Positions 20,101 to 29,292 of a stretch of 64,000 nucleotides of DNA are shown here, in pieces. Where the stretch lies: the NCBI GenBank assembly GCA_963778655.1, contig CAVZVA010000002.1:224001-288000 (forward strand). The letters run 5' to 3'. The notes beneath the pieces were generated by a model. That model was not told where the DNA came from and did no database searches. It was given only the letters and a program-made list of their open reading frames with translations. Within the stretch, counting starts at the first letter, position 1. Each line of letters starts with the position of its first letter. The DNA comes from an uncultured delta proteobacterium (GTDB lineage Bacteria; Myxococcota_A; Polyangia; Polyangiales; JAFGIB01). A program made the translations under genes and the position numbers.

Positions 20101-20662
20101 CCCGGTCAACGACGACACCGACTTCGGCGGCAAGCCCGACGGGCTGGAGGATCCGGACCACAACGGACGCATCGACAAAGGCGAGACCGACCCCAACGAC
20201 CCGCGCGACGACAAGGTCGGCGAGGCCTGCAGCAGCGATGCCGACTGCGGCGCCAGCGACAGCGGCGTGGTGTGCGAGGGCGACGCGTGCGCGCTCGGTT
20301 GCCGCGGCAAGAACGGCAACGGCTGCCCGCAGGGGCTCGAGTGCAGCTCGACCAGCGCGAGCGCAGGTCAGTGCCGGATGCCTGCGACGTCGATGGACGG
20401 CGGCCTTGCGGGCGACGGCGGCACGCGCCTGGACGGCGGGGCGATGCACGCCGACGCGGGGCCGTCGCAGCCCGACGGCGGCGTCGCCGACGGCGGCGGC
20501 CGCCCGGGCGAGCAGAAGCCCAGCATCCCCACGGTCAAGAACGGCACGCTCGGCGGCGGCGGCTGCGACTGCCGCACGCTCGCAGGCGGCGGCAGCGGCG
20601 ATCTGATGGCCCTGCTGCCGGCGCTGCTGGTGCTGCTGCAACGGCGGCGGCGGCGGCGCTGA
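17186..20662 (+). CDS. Large cell-surface adhesin-like protein (N-terminal beta domain, DUF11/isopeptide-like Ig domain, Cys-rich segments, Asp-rich Ca-binding repeats, MYXO-CTERM)
   Basis: Signal peptide ending AWA-D; KTVTD..PGDELEYAIAVTN..LTDTLP DUF11-like motif; DxDxDG repeats; C-terminal GGGGCDC...LLPALLVLLQRRRRRR. Confidence 0.85.
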   Translation: MASFHRKHAALETSLALGAMNPAVGATRRTRAWWLLGLLLLARAQTAWADPALRVQMDVHGDFVLFGNTVAQDCATFFPAIPAPVVGTIGTCPDGNTFAPDAYWRADDPGSGQALADTSIAPADARSTAVLVLPEDANVVYARLYWGALSAASGPDTSVRVQRPSTGLDTMVSADDSAMVNDANTGRFWYQSTADVTSLVKAQGPGAYRLADIESANLVGLNDTHAVIAWYMVVLYRLGGEPSRNIAIFDGLDLVDQSVGNASASLTGFLVPNAGFDAKLGVVAYEGEAELPGDSLSFNGSTLSNGLNPANNFFNASRTFLGSAVTNAGDLPQLTGEPRSLSNVDIDVVDVTSLVQAGDSSATIAATSTIDTYLLGAFITSISTYKPDFTTSTKTVTDLNGGALRPGDELEYAIAVTNNGSDTSTNTVLTDTLPSQVTFVPGSLEIVSGANAGAKTDASGDDQAEFTPGSSTVTFRLGAGATSTQGGELAIGASSTVRFHVVVNADASGTISNQAVINARGQQGAPAENTLTDGNGVEPGSPPTTVTVDLCEADQDCANPTPFCDVSSSPKLCVACLTSAQCKDASKPDCNFTTHVCECTGGNGNCVDSDGDGLSDGAEAVLGTDPHDADSDDDGVPDGSELAPDKDSDGDGVINALDADSDNDGLFDGTELGFDCSGPGTDAARGHCRPDADMGATTTNPVARDTDGGGASDGSEDFNLDGAIDPGETDPTLGHGDDDASVKDADHDGLGDELEKHLHSDPNDADSDDDGALDGEEANPSDDVDGDKLISVLDTDSDNDGLFDGTELGKGCDRSATDASKGHCRPDSDAGATLTSPLLRDSDAGGASDGSEDSNLNGIVDGAETDPTRGHGGDDGSVVDSDGDGLSDPLEATLGTDPNDADSDDDGALDGEEANPSDDSDGDGTLNALDPDSDGDGLFDGTELGKGCGDAATDAGQGHCTADADAGATTTSPVNDDTDFGGKPDGLEDPDHNGRIDKGETDPNDPRDDKVGEACSSDADCGASDSGVVCEGDACALGCRGKNGNGCPQGLECSSTSASAGQCRMPATSMDGGLAGDGGTRLDGGAMHADAGPSQPDGGVADGGGRPGEQKPSIPTVKNGTLGGGGCDCRTLAGGGSGDLMALLPALLVLLQRRRRRR
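19007..20200 (+). repeat. 3 x 408-nt (136-aa) internal tandem repeats in the adhesin
   Basis: Units start at 19007, 19415 and 19823 (exact 408-nt period); each contains DxDxDGL, DSDxDGLFDGTELG, GHC and GETDP/AETDP. Confidence 0.85.
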
Positions 20663-20754
20663 TCGCGCGTGTCCGCGGCGCGAACCGCGGCGGTCGTCCG
20701 GCCGCGGGCGTGCACCAGACCGGAAAGGCGTTTCCGATCTGGCCCATCATGCGA

Positions 20755-22251
20755 TCATCCGAGCTCGATCCCGGGATACAGCGGGTGGCGCGCCAACAGC
20801 TCGGCCACGCGTGCGCGGGCGCGCTGTAGCACCGCGGGCTCGGTCTGGTACTTCACCTGCGAGGGCTGGCCGTCCTTCTTGGCGGCCGGCTTGGTGGCGG
20901 CCAGCACCGAGCACAGGATCGAGGCTACCTCCTGCATCTCGGCAGCGCCCATCCCCAGCGTGGTCATCGCCGGGGTACCCAGCCGCAGCCCGCTGGTGTA
21001 CCAGGCGCCGTTGGGGTCGTTGGGGATCACATTGCGGTTCAGGGTGAGGTCGGCCTCGCGCAGCGCGGCTTCCGCCTGGCGGCCGTTCAGGCCATAGCCG
21101 CGCACGTCCAGCAGCACCAGGTGGTTCTCGGTTCCGCCGGTGACGACCTTGGCGCCTCCAGCCAGCAGTGCCTCGGCGAGCACCCGCGCATTGTCGACCA
21201 CGCGCGTGGCGTAGCTCGTGAACGCCGGCTGCGAAGCCTCGAACAGCGCCACCGCCTTGGCGGCCATCACGTGCGGCAGCGGACCGCCGAGCACCAGCGG
21301 GCAGCCGCGGTCCAGCGTGTCGGCCAGAGAGCGCTCGCACAACACCATCCCGCCGCGCGGCCCGCGCAGCGTCTTGTGCGTGGTCGTGGTCACGATGTGC
21401 GCGTGCGCGACCGGATCGAAATCGCCGCTGAACACGTGCCCTGCCACCAGCCCGGCGAAGTGGGCCATGTCGACCATCAGCGTGGCCCCGACCTCGTCGG
21501 CGATCTCGCGGAAGATGCGGAAGTTGATCTTGCGCGGATAGGAGCTGTAGCCGGCGATCAGCAGCAGCGGCCGCTCCTGCCTGGCGCGGGCGCGCACGTG
21601 GTCGTAGTCGAGCAGGCAGCTCTCGGGGTCGACGCCGTAGCTACAGTAGCGAAACAGCTTGCCCGAGACGTTGGGCCGAAAGCCGTGGGTAAGATGGCCG
21701 CCCGAGTCGAGCGCCATGCCCATCATCTTCTGGTCGCCCAGCTCGCGCCGCAGCGCCTCCCATTGCTCTTCCGACAGCTCCCCCAGCGCCTTCTTGCCCA
21801 GCTTCTCGAGCGCTGGGTTCTCGACGCGCGCGGTGAGCACGGTCCAGAACGCCACCAGGTTGGCGTCGATGCCGCTGTGCGGCTGCACGTAGGCGTGGTC
21901 GGCGCCGAACAGCTTGCACGCCAGCTCGGCCGCACGCGTCTCGATCGCGTCAACGTTGTCGCAACCGGCGTAGAAGCGGTGACCCGGAATGCCCTCGGAG
22001 TACTTGTCGCTCAGCCAGTTGCCCATCGCCAGCAGCACCGCCGGCGACGCGAAGTTCTCGCTGGCGATCAGCTTGAGCTTGCTGCGCTGATCGCGGAGCT
22101 CTTGCAGCGTGGCCTGCGCCACCTCCGGCAGCTCGCGCGCCACGCTGTCGAGCGCGGCGGCGAACGCCACCGTCTCGGGTGAGAGCGAGCCCGGCACGTA
22201 GCCGGGCAGCTTGGACTTCAAGTATTGATCGAGCAATGAGCCTGCAGGCAT
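20755..22251 (-). CDS. glyA: Serine/glycine hydroxymethyltransferase (long form)
   Basis: [33 protein letters not shown] and PLP-lysine motif [23 protein letters not shown] before ATG 22251. Confidence 0.95.
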   Translation of the reverse strand: MPAGSLLDQYLKSKLPGYVPGSLSPETVAFAAALDSVARELPEVAQATLQELRDQRSKLKLIASENFASPAVLLAMGNWLSDKYSEGIPGHRFYAGCDNVDAIETRAAELACKLFGADHAYVQPHSGIDANLVAFWTVLTARVENPALEKLGKKALGELSEEQWEALRRELGDQKMMGMALDSGGHLTHGFRPNVSGKLFRYCSYGVDPESCLLDYDHVRARARQERPLLLIAGYSSYPRKINFRIFREIADEVGATLMVDMAHFAGLVAGHVFSGDFDPVAHAHIVTTTTHKTLRGPRGGMVLCERSLADTLDRGCPLVLGGPLPHVMAAKAVALFEASQPAFTSYATRVVDNARVLAEALLAGGAKVVTGGTENHLVLLDVRGYGLNGRQAEAALREADLTLNRNVIPNDPNGAWYTSGLRLGTPAMTTLGMGAAEMQEVASILCSVLAATKPAAKKDGQPSQVKYQTEPAVLQRARARVAELLARHPLYPGIELG

Positions 22252-22283
22252 GGGCGCGCCTCCTCGTTGAGCGTGGCGAATCA

Positions 22284-22357
22284 GGCCCAGGCGCGCGGCC
22301 ACAGACACCGTCGCTCCCCGGTGGTCGGCTCCACCTGAAACGCCAGTCACGACGGTC
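22284..22357 (-). ncRNA. ZMP/ZTP riboswitch (pfl motif) upstream of glyA
   Basis: Minus strand reads ACCGTCGTGACTGGCGTTTCAGGTGGAGCCGACCACCGGGGAGCGACGGT-gtctgtg-GCCGCGCGCCTGGGC. This gives P1 (ACCGTCG/CGACGGT), conserved GACTGGCG, P2 (GGTGG/CCACC), GGGGAG and 3' CGCCTGGGC, which can pseudoknot with GGCG. Confidence 0.92.
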
Positions 22358-22551
22358 GGTAGGGAAGCTAGGGTGGGCGGCCTGGGATGTCAACTCGCCC
22401 GGGACGGCGGGCCCAAAGGCACCGCGGGCAACCCATCGCCGCGCGCCCAAGGCGGTGCGCACGCGCTCGACCCAGGATCTCCGCGCACTCGCGGCTGCCC
22501 GTCTTCCTGTTTCATGCCGCTGAATGGCCTTGCTGTAGACTCGAGCCAGCC

Positions 22552-23673
22552 ATGCAGACCTTCGACATCGACGTCGCCATCGTGGGCGCCGGGGTGGTAG
22601 GGCTAGCGTGCGCGGCGCGGCTGGCGCGCCGCGGCCGCTCCGTGCTCGTGATCGAGCGCCGCAGCGCCGTCGGCGAGGAAACCACCAGCCGCAACAGCGG
22701 CGTGATCCACGCCGGCTTGTACTATGCGCCCGGCTCGCTCAAGGCGCTGACCTGTGTCGAGGGGCGTGCGCGGCTGTACGCGCGCTGCGAGCGGGAAGCG
22801 TTGCCGCACCGCAAGTGCGGCAAGCTGGTAGTGGCGACCGAGGACGCCGAGCGAGCGCAGCTCGAGACGATCTGCGCCCGCGGGCTGCAGAACGGCGCTG
22901 GCGGGCTGCGGATGATCGAAGCCGCGGAGCTGCGGCGGCTCGAGCCGCACGTGCGCGCGGTCGCCGCGCTGTTCTCGCCCGAAACCGGCATCGTGGACGC
23001 GCACGCGCTGGTCGGGAGCTACAAGCGCGAGGCCATGGAACACGGGGCCGAGCTCTGCCTGGCGACCGAGGTCGACGCACTCGAGCCGGGGGGCAGAGGG
23101 ATCCGCCTGCGCACGAGCTCGCGCGCGGGCGAGGTGGCGGAGCTGCACGCGGAGCGCGTGGTCAACGCGGCCGGGCTGTACGCGGATCGCGTGGCGGCGC
23201 TCGCGGGGCTCGATCTCGACGCGCTAGGCTACCGGCTACACCCGTGCAAGGGCGACTACTTCACCCTCGGCTCGGCGCTGCGCGGTCGCGTGCAGCACCT
23301 GATCTATCCGGTACCGGTGCACGCGGGCCTGGGCATCCACTTGACGCTCGACCTGGGCGGGGGCCTGCGCGCGGGGCCGGACACGGAGTACGTGGACGAG
23401 CTGCGTTACGACGTGGATCCGGCCAAGGGCAAGCTGTTCGCGGCTGCGGTGCGGCGCTACCTGCCGGACGCGCGCGACCGGGATTTCTCGCCGGACTACG
23501 CGGGGATCCGGCCCAAGCTGCAAGGGCCGAGCGATCCGGCGCGGGACTTCGTGATCGAGGAGGCGAGCGCGCACGGCGTGCCGGGGCTGGTGAATCTGAT
23601 CGGCATCGAGTCGCCGGGGCTCACCGCAAGCGAGGCGATCGCGGAACGGGTGGCAGCCCTGCTGGACGCGTAG
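22552..23673 (+). CDS. FAD-dependent oxidoreductase, L-2-hydroxyglutarate oxidase (LhgO)-like
   Basis: GAGVVG, TTSRNSGVIHAGLYY, NAAGLYAD, YAGIRPKL and GIESPGLTAS. Confidence 0.85.
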   Translation: MQTFDIDVAIVGAGVVGLACAARLARRGRSVLVIERRSAVGEETTSRNSGVIHAGLYYAPGSLKALTCVEGRARLYARCEREALPHRKCGKLVVATEDAERAQLETICARGLQNGAGGLRMIEAAELRRLEPHVRAVAALFSPETGIVDAHALVGSYKREAMEHGAELCLATEVDALEPGGRGIRLRTSSRAGEVAELHAERVVNAAGLYADRVAALAGLDLDALGYRLHPCKGDYFTLGSALRGRVQHLIYPVPVHAGLGIHLTLDLGGGLRAGPDTEYVDELRYDVDPAKGKLFAAAVRRYLPDARDRDFSPDYAGIRPKLQGPSDPARDFVIEEASAHGVPGLVNLIGIESPGLTASEAIAERVAALLDA

Positions 23674-23848
23674 TCGCTGACGCCTGAACCCTTCGGTCTC
23701 GTGGCTCCGAACCACGCGCACCAAGCCCCGAGCGAGCACGCACGCGCGTGCTCTCGCGCTCGCTCACGGACGCCACCGCGACCCACCGTCAGCGTGTGGC
23801 CGCCCTGCCCTGCGCCGCAACGGGTGAGCACCGGCGCTGACGCGAAGC

Positions 23849-23864
23849 TTTGATCGGGATCAAA
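23849..23864. promoter_or_regulatory. Perfect FNR-type palindrome TTTGAT-CGGG-ATCAAA
   Basis: Exact TTGAT-N4-ATCAA match, but it lies between convergent genes, so function is uncertain. Confidence 0.35.
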
Positions 23865-23882
23865 CTGGCCCGATGCGTGGCG

Positions 23883-24599
23883 TCACAGCACGGTCAGGTG
23901 CTCGCGATCGCGGATGTGCTCGACCTGGTTGTAGGCGTGCACGACACTGCGGCCCGCAGATAGCTCCAGCAGCGAGACCGAGCTGTTGTACAGGCGGTGT
24001 CGAGTCGCCCCGGCCGGTGGCGCCTGTCCCGCGCGCTCCAACAGGTGGCCGATCACGCCGTTGGACGAGACCACGGCGATCTCACGCCCGGGTCCCTCGC
24101 GCTCCACGATCTCCACGAGCGCCTGCTCGACTCGCCCCGCAAACGCCGCCGGGGGCTCGAGCTCCGGGCTGCTGATCTCGCCCCGGCCCCAAAGCTCGAT
24201 CATGTAGTCGAACAGCTCGTTGAGCGCGCGGTCGCGCACGTCCGGCTTGCCGGCCGCTTCGCGCACCCGCAGTGCGAGGGCCTCCAGGGCGGCATCGTGG
24301 GGCAGGCGCGGCCGCACGTGCTGCTTCATCAGCGGCTCGAACGGACCCTCGGCCAGCCCGTCGAGCACGACCGGCTGCGGCCATCCGCCGGCGACCTCGC
24401 CGGCCGCCTCGCGCATAAGCCGCAGCGTCTCCAGCTGCCTCCGCAACGGCCCCACGTAGATCGCATCGAAACGCTGGCCGCGCGCAGCCAGATGCTCACC
24501 CAGCTGGCGAGCCTGAAGCTCGCCGTGGGCGTGCAGCTGGTCGTAATCCGCCTCCAGCGCGGTGGCCCGCCCGTGGCGGATCAGGTGCAGCCTCGTCAT
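23883..24599 (-). CDS. Histidine phosphatase (phosphoglycerate mutase superfamily)
   Basis: LIRHG, GPLRRQLET, VVSSNGVI and NSSVS motifs. Confidence 0.85.
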   Translation of the reverse strand: MTRLHLIRHGRATALEADYDQLHAHGELQARQLGEHLAARGQRFDAIYVGPLRRQLETLRLMREAAGEVAGGWPQPVVLDGLAEGPFEPLMKQHVRPRLPHDAALEALALRVREAAGKPDVRDRALNELFDYMIELWGRGEISSPELEPPAAFAGRVEQALVEIVEREGPGREIAVVSSNGVIGHLLERAGQAPPAGATRHRLYNSSVSLLELSAGRSVVHAYNQVEHIRDREHLTVL

Positions 24600-24693
24600 G
24601 GGTTCGGTGCAGGCTCCGCGATCCGAGCCCGAACCGCAAACCCGAAATGGTTATCGCGCGCCGCCGGCGGGCGCGGCTCCGGCCCGGACCCGG

Positions 24694-26184
24694 CTACAGG
24701 CAGGTGTTGGGGCCGTGGATCAGCGTCGCAATCGGATTGCCGTTGGTGAGCGACAGCTTGGGGTAATACAGCGTGAAATAGTAGCACATCTCATCGGTGG
24801 TCTTCTCGCCGAAGGTCGCCGGTGAGCTGTAGTAGCAAGTCGTGGTCAGGCTGTCGCCGGGGTTGATGATGGTGCTGTCCGGATAGGAGTGCTGGTAGTT
24901 GAAGTCGAACGGCTGGTCGTGAAGCGTCTCCATGGTTCCGTCCGCACGCGTGATGATCACGGTCTGGCGGTTGCCCTTGAGGTGCATGTGCGGCGAGCCG
25001 CCGATGATGTGGATCGGCACGTTGCCGGTAGGCGTGCACGTCCCGGTCGCCATGGTGCCGTTGATGTTGTCGGTCCCCAGCCAGGAGAGCGATGCGACGT
25101 TGGCCGGCACCGTCGGAGTGACGCACACCTCGATGCCGGAGGCGTCCGGCGCAGTGGCGCCCGTGACGTTGTTGTGGTGGGTCTCGAGCGTGTAACCGAC
25201 GTCGCCCGGCATCTCCTCGCCGGTGTCCGGGGCGAGGTACATGTCCGAGCCGCCCGGAGCCCAGCCGTCCATCAGCTCGCCATCGGGGTGCGCGCCCGAT
25301 GAGGGTCCGACGGCGCCGTCCGTAACCGCCGCGCTGTCCTTGTAGAACAGCCAGTGGTGGATCACCTGCATGTTGCCGGTGACGGCCCGGAACGAGCGCA
25401 CGTACATCATGCCTTGCCAAGCCGGCATGAAGGTGAAGTTGGTGTACTGATCCGGCGTCGTGGTCACCTGATAGGGCTGCATCTTGTCGTTCGGATCGTG
25501 CGCCAAGAACTGGTAGCACTTCATCATCGGGTCGTTGTACTCGATGGGCTTGTCCGAGGTGCCCTCCGTCACGGTCGGGCTCATGGGCATCGTTGTGGTG
25601 CCGCCCGCGCCCGCGGCGCCGGTGCCCACGCCTGTGCCCGTGCCGCCGGCCATCCCGGTCGCGCCGCCGGTGGTGATCGCGCACGCCTGCGCGCTCGGCA
25701 TCGCGCCCGCCGATGCCCAGCTGCTCAGCGTCTGCAGGTCGGCTGCGGGCAGCGCCGGCTGCGACGCCGGCGGCATGCGCTTGCTGATCTCGGTGGCGTT
25801 GATCCGGCCTGGGATCAGCTCGTAGACCTTCTTGGTCGCGTCGCTCTTGGCCTGCGCGTGGAAGTCGGCGTAGGTCATCAAGGACATCGGCGCGCCGAAG
25901 GCGGGCGTCGTGCCGTGGCACAGCGTGCAGTGACTGCCGACCACGTTTGCCACGTCGCACGGCACACCGCCCGCGGCCTGGGTGGTGGTGCCGACCGGCG
26001 CGACCGGCCCTCCGCTCATGCCTGCTGCGCCGCTCGGCAGGGAGCCGACGGCGGGTCCGCCCACGGTGCCCACCGGACCGCCGACGGTACCACCACCGTT
26101 CGAGCCGTCGCTCGAGCCGCAACCGACGGCCAGGGCGAGCATGCAGCACGATGACCAGAGACCGACGATTCTCAATTTCCGCAT
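24694..26184 (-). CDS. Lipoprotein: cytochrome c domain fused to a PHM/DBH-like (copper type II) monooxygenase domain
   Basis: Lipobox LAVGC; CTLCH heme motif (25915-25929) with RMPP distal Met; Cu ligands IHHW, ETHH, PHMH and DEMC. Confidence 0.8.
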   Translation of the reverse strand: MRKLRIVGLWSSCCMLALAVGCGSSDGSNGGGTVGGPVGTVGGPAVGSLPSGAAGMSGGPVAPVGTTTQAAGGVPCDVANVVGSHCTLCHGTTPAFGAPMSLMTYADFHAQAKSDATKKVYELIPGRINATEISKRMPPASQPALPAADLQTLSSWASAGAMPSAQACAITTGGATGMAGGTGTGVGTGAAGAGGTTTMPMSPTVTEGTSDKPIEYNDPMMKCYQFLAHDPNDKMQPYQVTTTPDQYTNFTFMPAWQGMMYVRSFRAVTGNMQVIHHWLFYKDSAAVTDGAVGPSSGAHPDGELMDGWAPGGSDMYLAPDTGEEMPGDVGYTLETHHNNVTGATAPDASGIEVCVTPTVPANVASLSWLGTDNINGTMATGTCTPTGNVPIHIIGGSPHMHLKGNRQTVIITRADGTMETLHDQPFDFNYQHSYPDSTIINPGDSLTTTCYYSSPATFGEKTTDEMCYYFTLYYPKLSLTNGNPIATLIHGPNTCL

Positions 26185-26592
26185 GGGCTCCTCCAGGTGC
26201 ACGGGTGCACCGTCCTGACCGACCTCACCGACGTGGGCTCAGCGCGGGGGCTCGCAGGACCCGGCCGCAGGCCGGGGATCCGCACCCAGCCGTGCGCCTC
26301 GCCGAGATCCCTCGACGCGATCGCTTCCGGTTACCTGCGTCACGAAATTCCACAACCACAGCGCCTCACCCCGCGGCTAGTTAGTGTACGCGGTCTGCAC
26401 GGCACCGCAACATGCGCGACTCCGCAGCGCGTGCATTTTCCCTTTTGCAACTCTATGAGATGATAAGAAAATCAGCGCCTGGCAGAGGTCGAACCGCGAG
26501 GACAACCGACCCCAAATTAGGGAGGGTTCGCGGCCCCCGGCGGCTGAAATTGCGTGTGCGCGCGCCCGCCGCGAGCCCGCCGGCCCCGCGGC

Positions 26593-27594
26593 TCAGGCGC
26601 TCGGCGGAGCCGGCCTCAACACCACGACCCGGATGCCGGCGCGGCGCAAGGCGGCCGGCTCCTCGCTCGCGTCCCCGGCGTAGGGGTCCCCCTGGCGCAC
26701 CACGCACACACGCATGCCCGCGTCGGTGCGCGAGCGGATCGCCTCGAGCAGCTGCGCCCCCGACCCCGGCGCCTCTGAGGCGCCGAGAGCGGCCTTCTCC
26801 GCATCCCGCCGCGTGAGCTCCAGCAGCGCCGCCGGCACCCCGGGCTCGTGCAAGACCAGATCGGCGTGCCCCAGCCAGCGCGCCGCCGCACGCGACAAGC
26901 AATCCGGATCGCCGTGGCCAGCGGCCAGCAGGGCCACCGCCGGGCCGGGCGGTAGCTGCCCGGCGTCGAGCGCGCGCAGCAATCGGGCCTCGGCCTCGGC
27001 CTCACGCCCGGCGTAAAGCAGCGCCGCCACCTCGCCGGCATCGTCGAGCAGCTGCTCCCACAGCCGGCGGCGTGCGGTGGTGTCGGCAACCCGTGCGCGC
27101 ACCTGTGCGCGGTGCCGCGCGGCGAAGCGCGCCAGCGCGCCGAGCTGCGCAGGCAAGGCCAGCTCCAGCCGCGCGCGGGTCAGCCGTGCCAGCACCGGCG
27201 AGGCCCCTGCGCTCGAAACCGCCACCAGCAGCGGGCTGCGATCGACGATGGCCGGCATCACGAAGCTGCACAGGCGCGGCGAATCCACCACGTTGACGGG
27301 GATCGCGCGGGCCTGCGCGTCGGCGGCCACGCACGCGTTCACCTCGCCGCGATCGGTCGCGGCGATCACCAGGCACACGCCGTCGAGATCGCCGGCCGCA
27401 TAGTCGCGCAGCGCGACCTGCAGCTCGCCGCTCTGGGCGCGCGCGGCCAGGGGCGCGCACAGCTCGGGCGAGACCACCCGCACCGCGGCGCCCGCGCGCT
27501 GCAGCAGCTCCAGCTTGCGCAGCGCCAGCGCCCCGCCGCCCACCACCAGGCAAGCGCGGCCGCGCAGATCGACGAAGATGGGCAGATAGTCCAT
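26593..27594 (-). CDS. cysG: Siroheme synthase, precorrin-2 dehydrogenase/ferrochelatase part, with a degenerate truncated methyltransferase remnant
   Basis: MDYLPIF, VVGGG.LA.RK, NVVDSP..CSF.MPAIVDR and SSAGASPVLAR; C-terminal AGHGDP remnant; TATAAT upstream on the minus strand. Confidence 0.85.
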   Translation of the reverse strand: MDYLPIFVDLRGRACLVVGGGALALRKLELLQRAGAAVRVVSPELCAPLAARAQSGELQVALRDYAAGDLDGVCLVIAATDRGEVNACVAADAQARAIPVNVVDSPRLCSFVMPAIVDRSPLLVAVSSAGASPVLARLTRARLELALPAQLGALARFAARHRAQVRARVADTTARRRLWEQLLDDAGEVAALLYAGREAEAEARLLRALDAGQLPPGPAVALLAAGHGDPDCLSRAAARWLGHADLVLHEPGVPAALLELTRRDAEKAALGASEAPGSGAQLLEAIRSRTDAGMRVCVVRQGDPYAGDASEEPAALRRAGIRVVVLRPAPPSA

Positions 27595-27712
27595 GCCGGC
27601 GCCGACCGACGCAGCGTCGCCCGGCGGCGCCCATTATAGCGGTGGACGGCGAGCGCAGGCACGCCGCGCGCTCGCGGCGACGCCGGCCCCCCGGCGCCGG
27701 AGCCGTACGCGC

Positions 27713-27826
27713 TCAGCTCGCGTGGGTGTCCAGCTCGTTGCGCCGCAATCCGTGCGTCGCGACGTGAACCAACACGAAGAGCGTACCCAGCGTGTAACCC
27801 TTCAAGTAGCTGCCGATGCGTTTCAT
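27713..27826 (-). CDS. Possible 37-aa small protein MKRIGSYLKGYTLGTLFVLVHVATHGLRRNELDTHAS
   Basis: GGGGA RBS-like sequence upstream; co-oriented upstream of cysG; no recognisable family. Confidence 0.35.
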   Translation of the reverse strand: MKRIGSYLKGYTLGTLFVLVHVATHGLRRNELDTHAS

Positions 27827-28022
27827 GCCGTGGTCCCCATTGCCCGAAGCGAGAAGCGAAAGCGAGAAAGCTGCCAACGCTCGATAGTATGGGCGACCGC
27901 AGGTTTCACGTGCATGACAAATCAGAGAATTTTCGCGCACATCGAGCCGCCTTACAGCGGCGTGAGCTGCGCACGACGCGTACATCGCATGACCGGCTGT
28001 AGCTAGTTCCCGTCCATCGGGA

Positions 28023-28046
28023 CTTGCCGTCTTCCCGCCTCCCTGT
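28023..28046. repeat. Dispersed octamer repeat copy (CTTGCCGT CTTCCCGC CTCCCTGT)
   Basis: Same three-octamer architecture ending in CTGT as 3202-3225. Confidence 0.5.
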
Positions 28047-28200
28047 GGATCTGTTGGTCCCATGGCGGCTGCATTTCTGGAGGAGAACCAGCGGCCGCAA
28101 CGCGCCGCGGCGAGCCAGCCCGCGGAGCTCGTCGATCCGTTCCGTCGGCGTTTTTCCGCCGCCGGCTAGGCAGGACGGCTTTCGTGGTTATCGTGGAAGC

Positions 28201-29284
<1,084 letters not shown>

Positions 29285-29292
<8 letters not shown>

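Noticed and set aside
16387..20200. Regular repeats as a possible CRISPR array
   Set aside because: In-frame coding repeats with synonymous variation; no unique spacers and no cas genes.
17120..20641. 1173-aa minus-strand ORF, and similar long antisense ORFs elsewhere (e.g. 12272-14170, 3132-5207)
   Set aside because: Shadow ORFs of GC3-rich real genes; no recognisable motifs.
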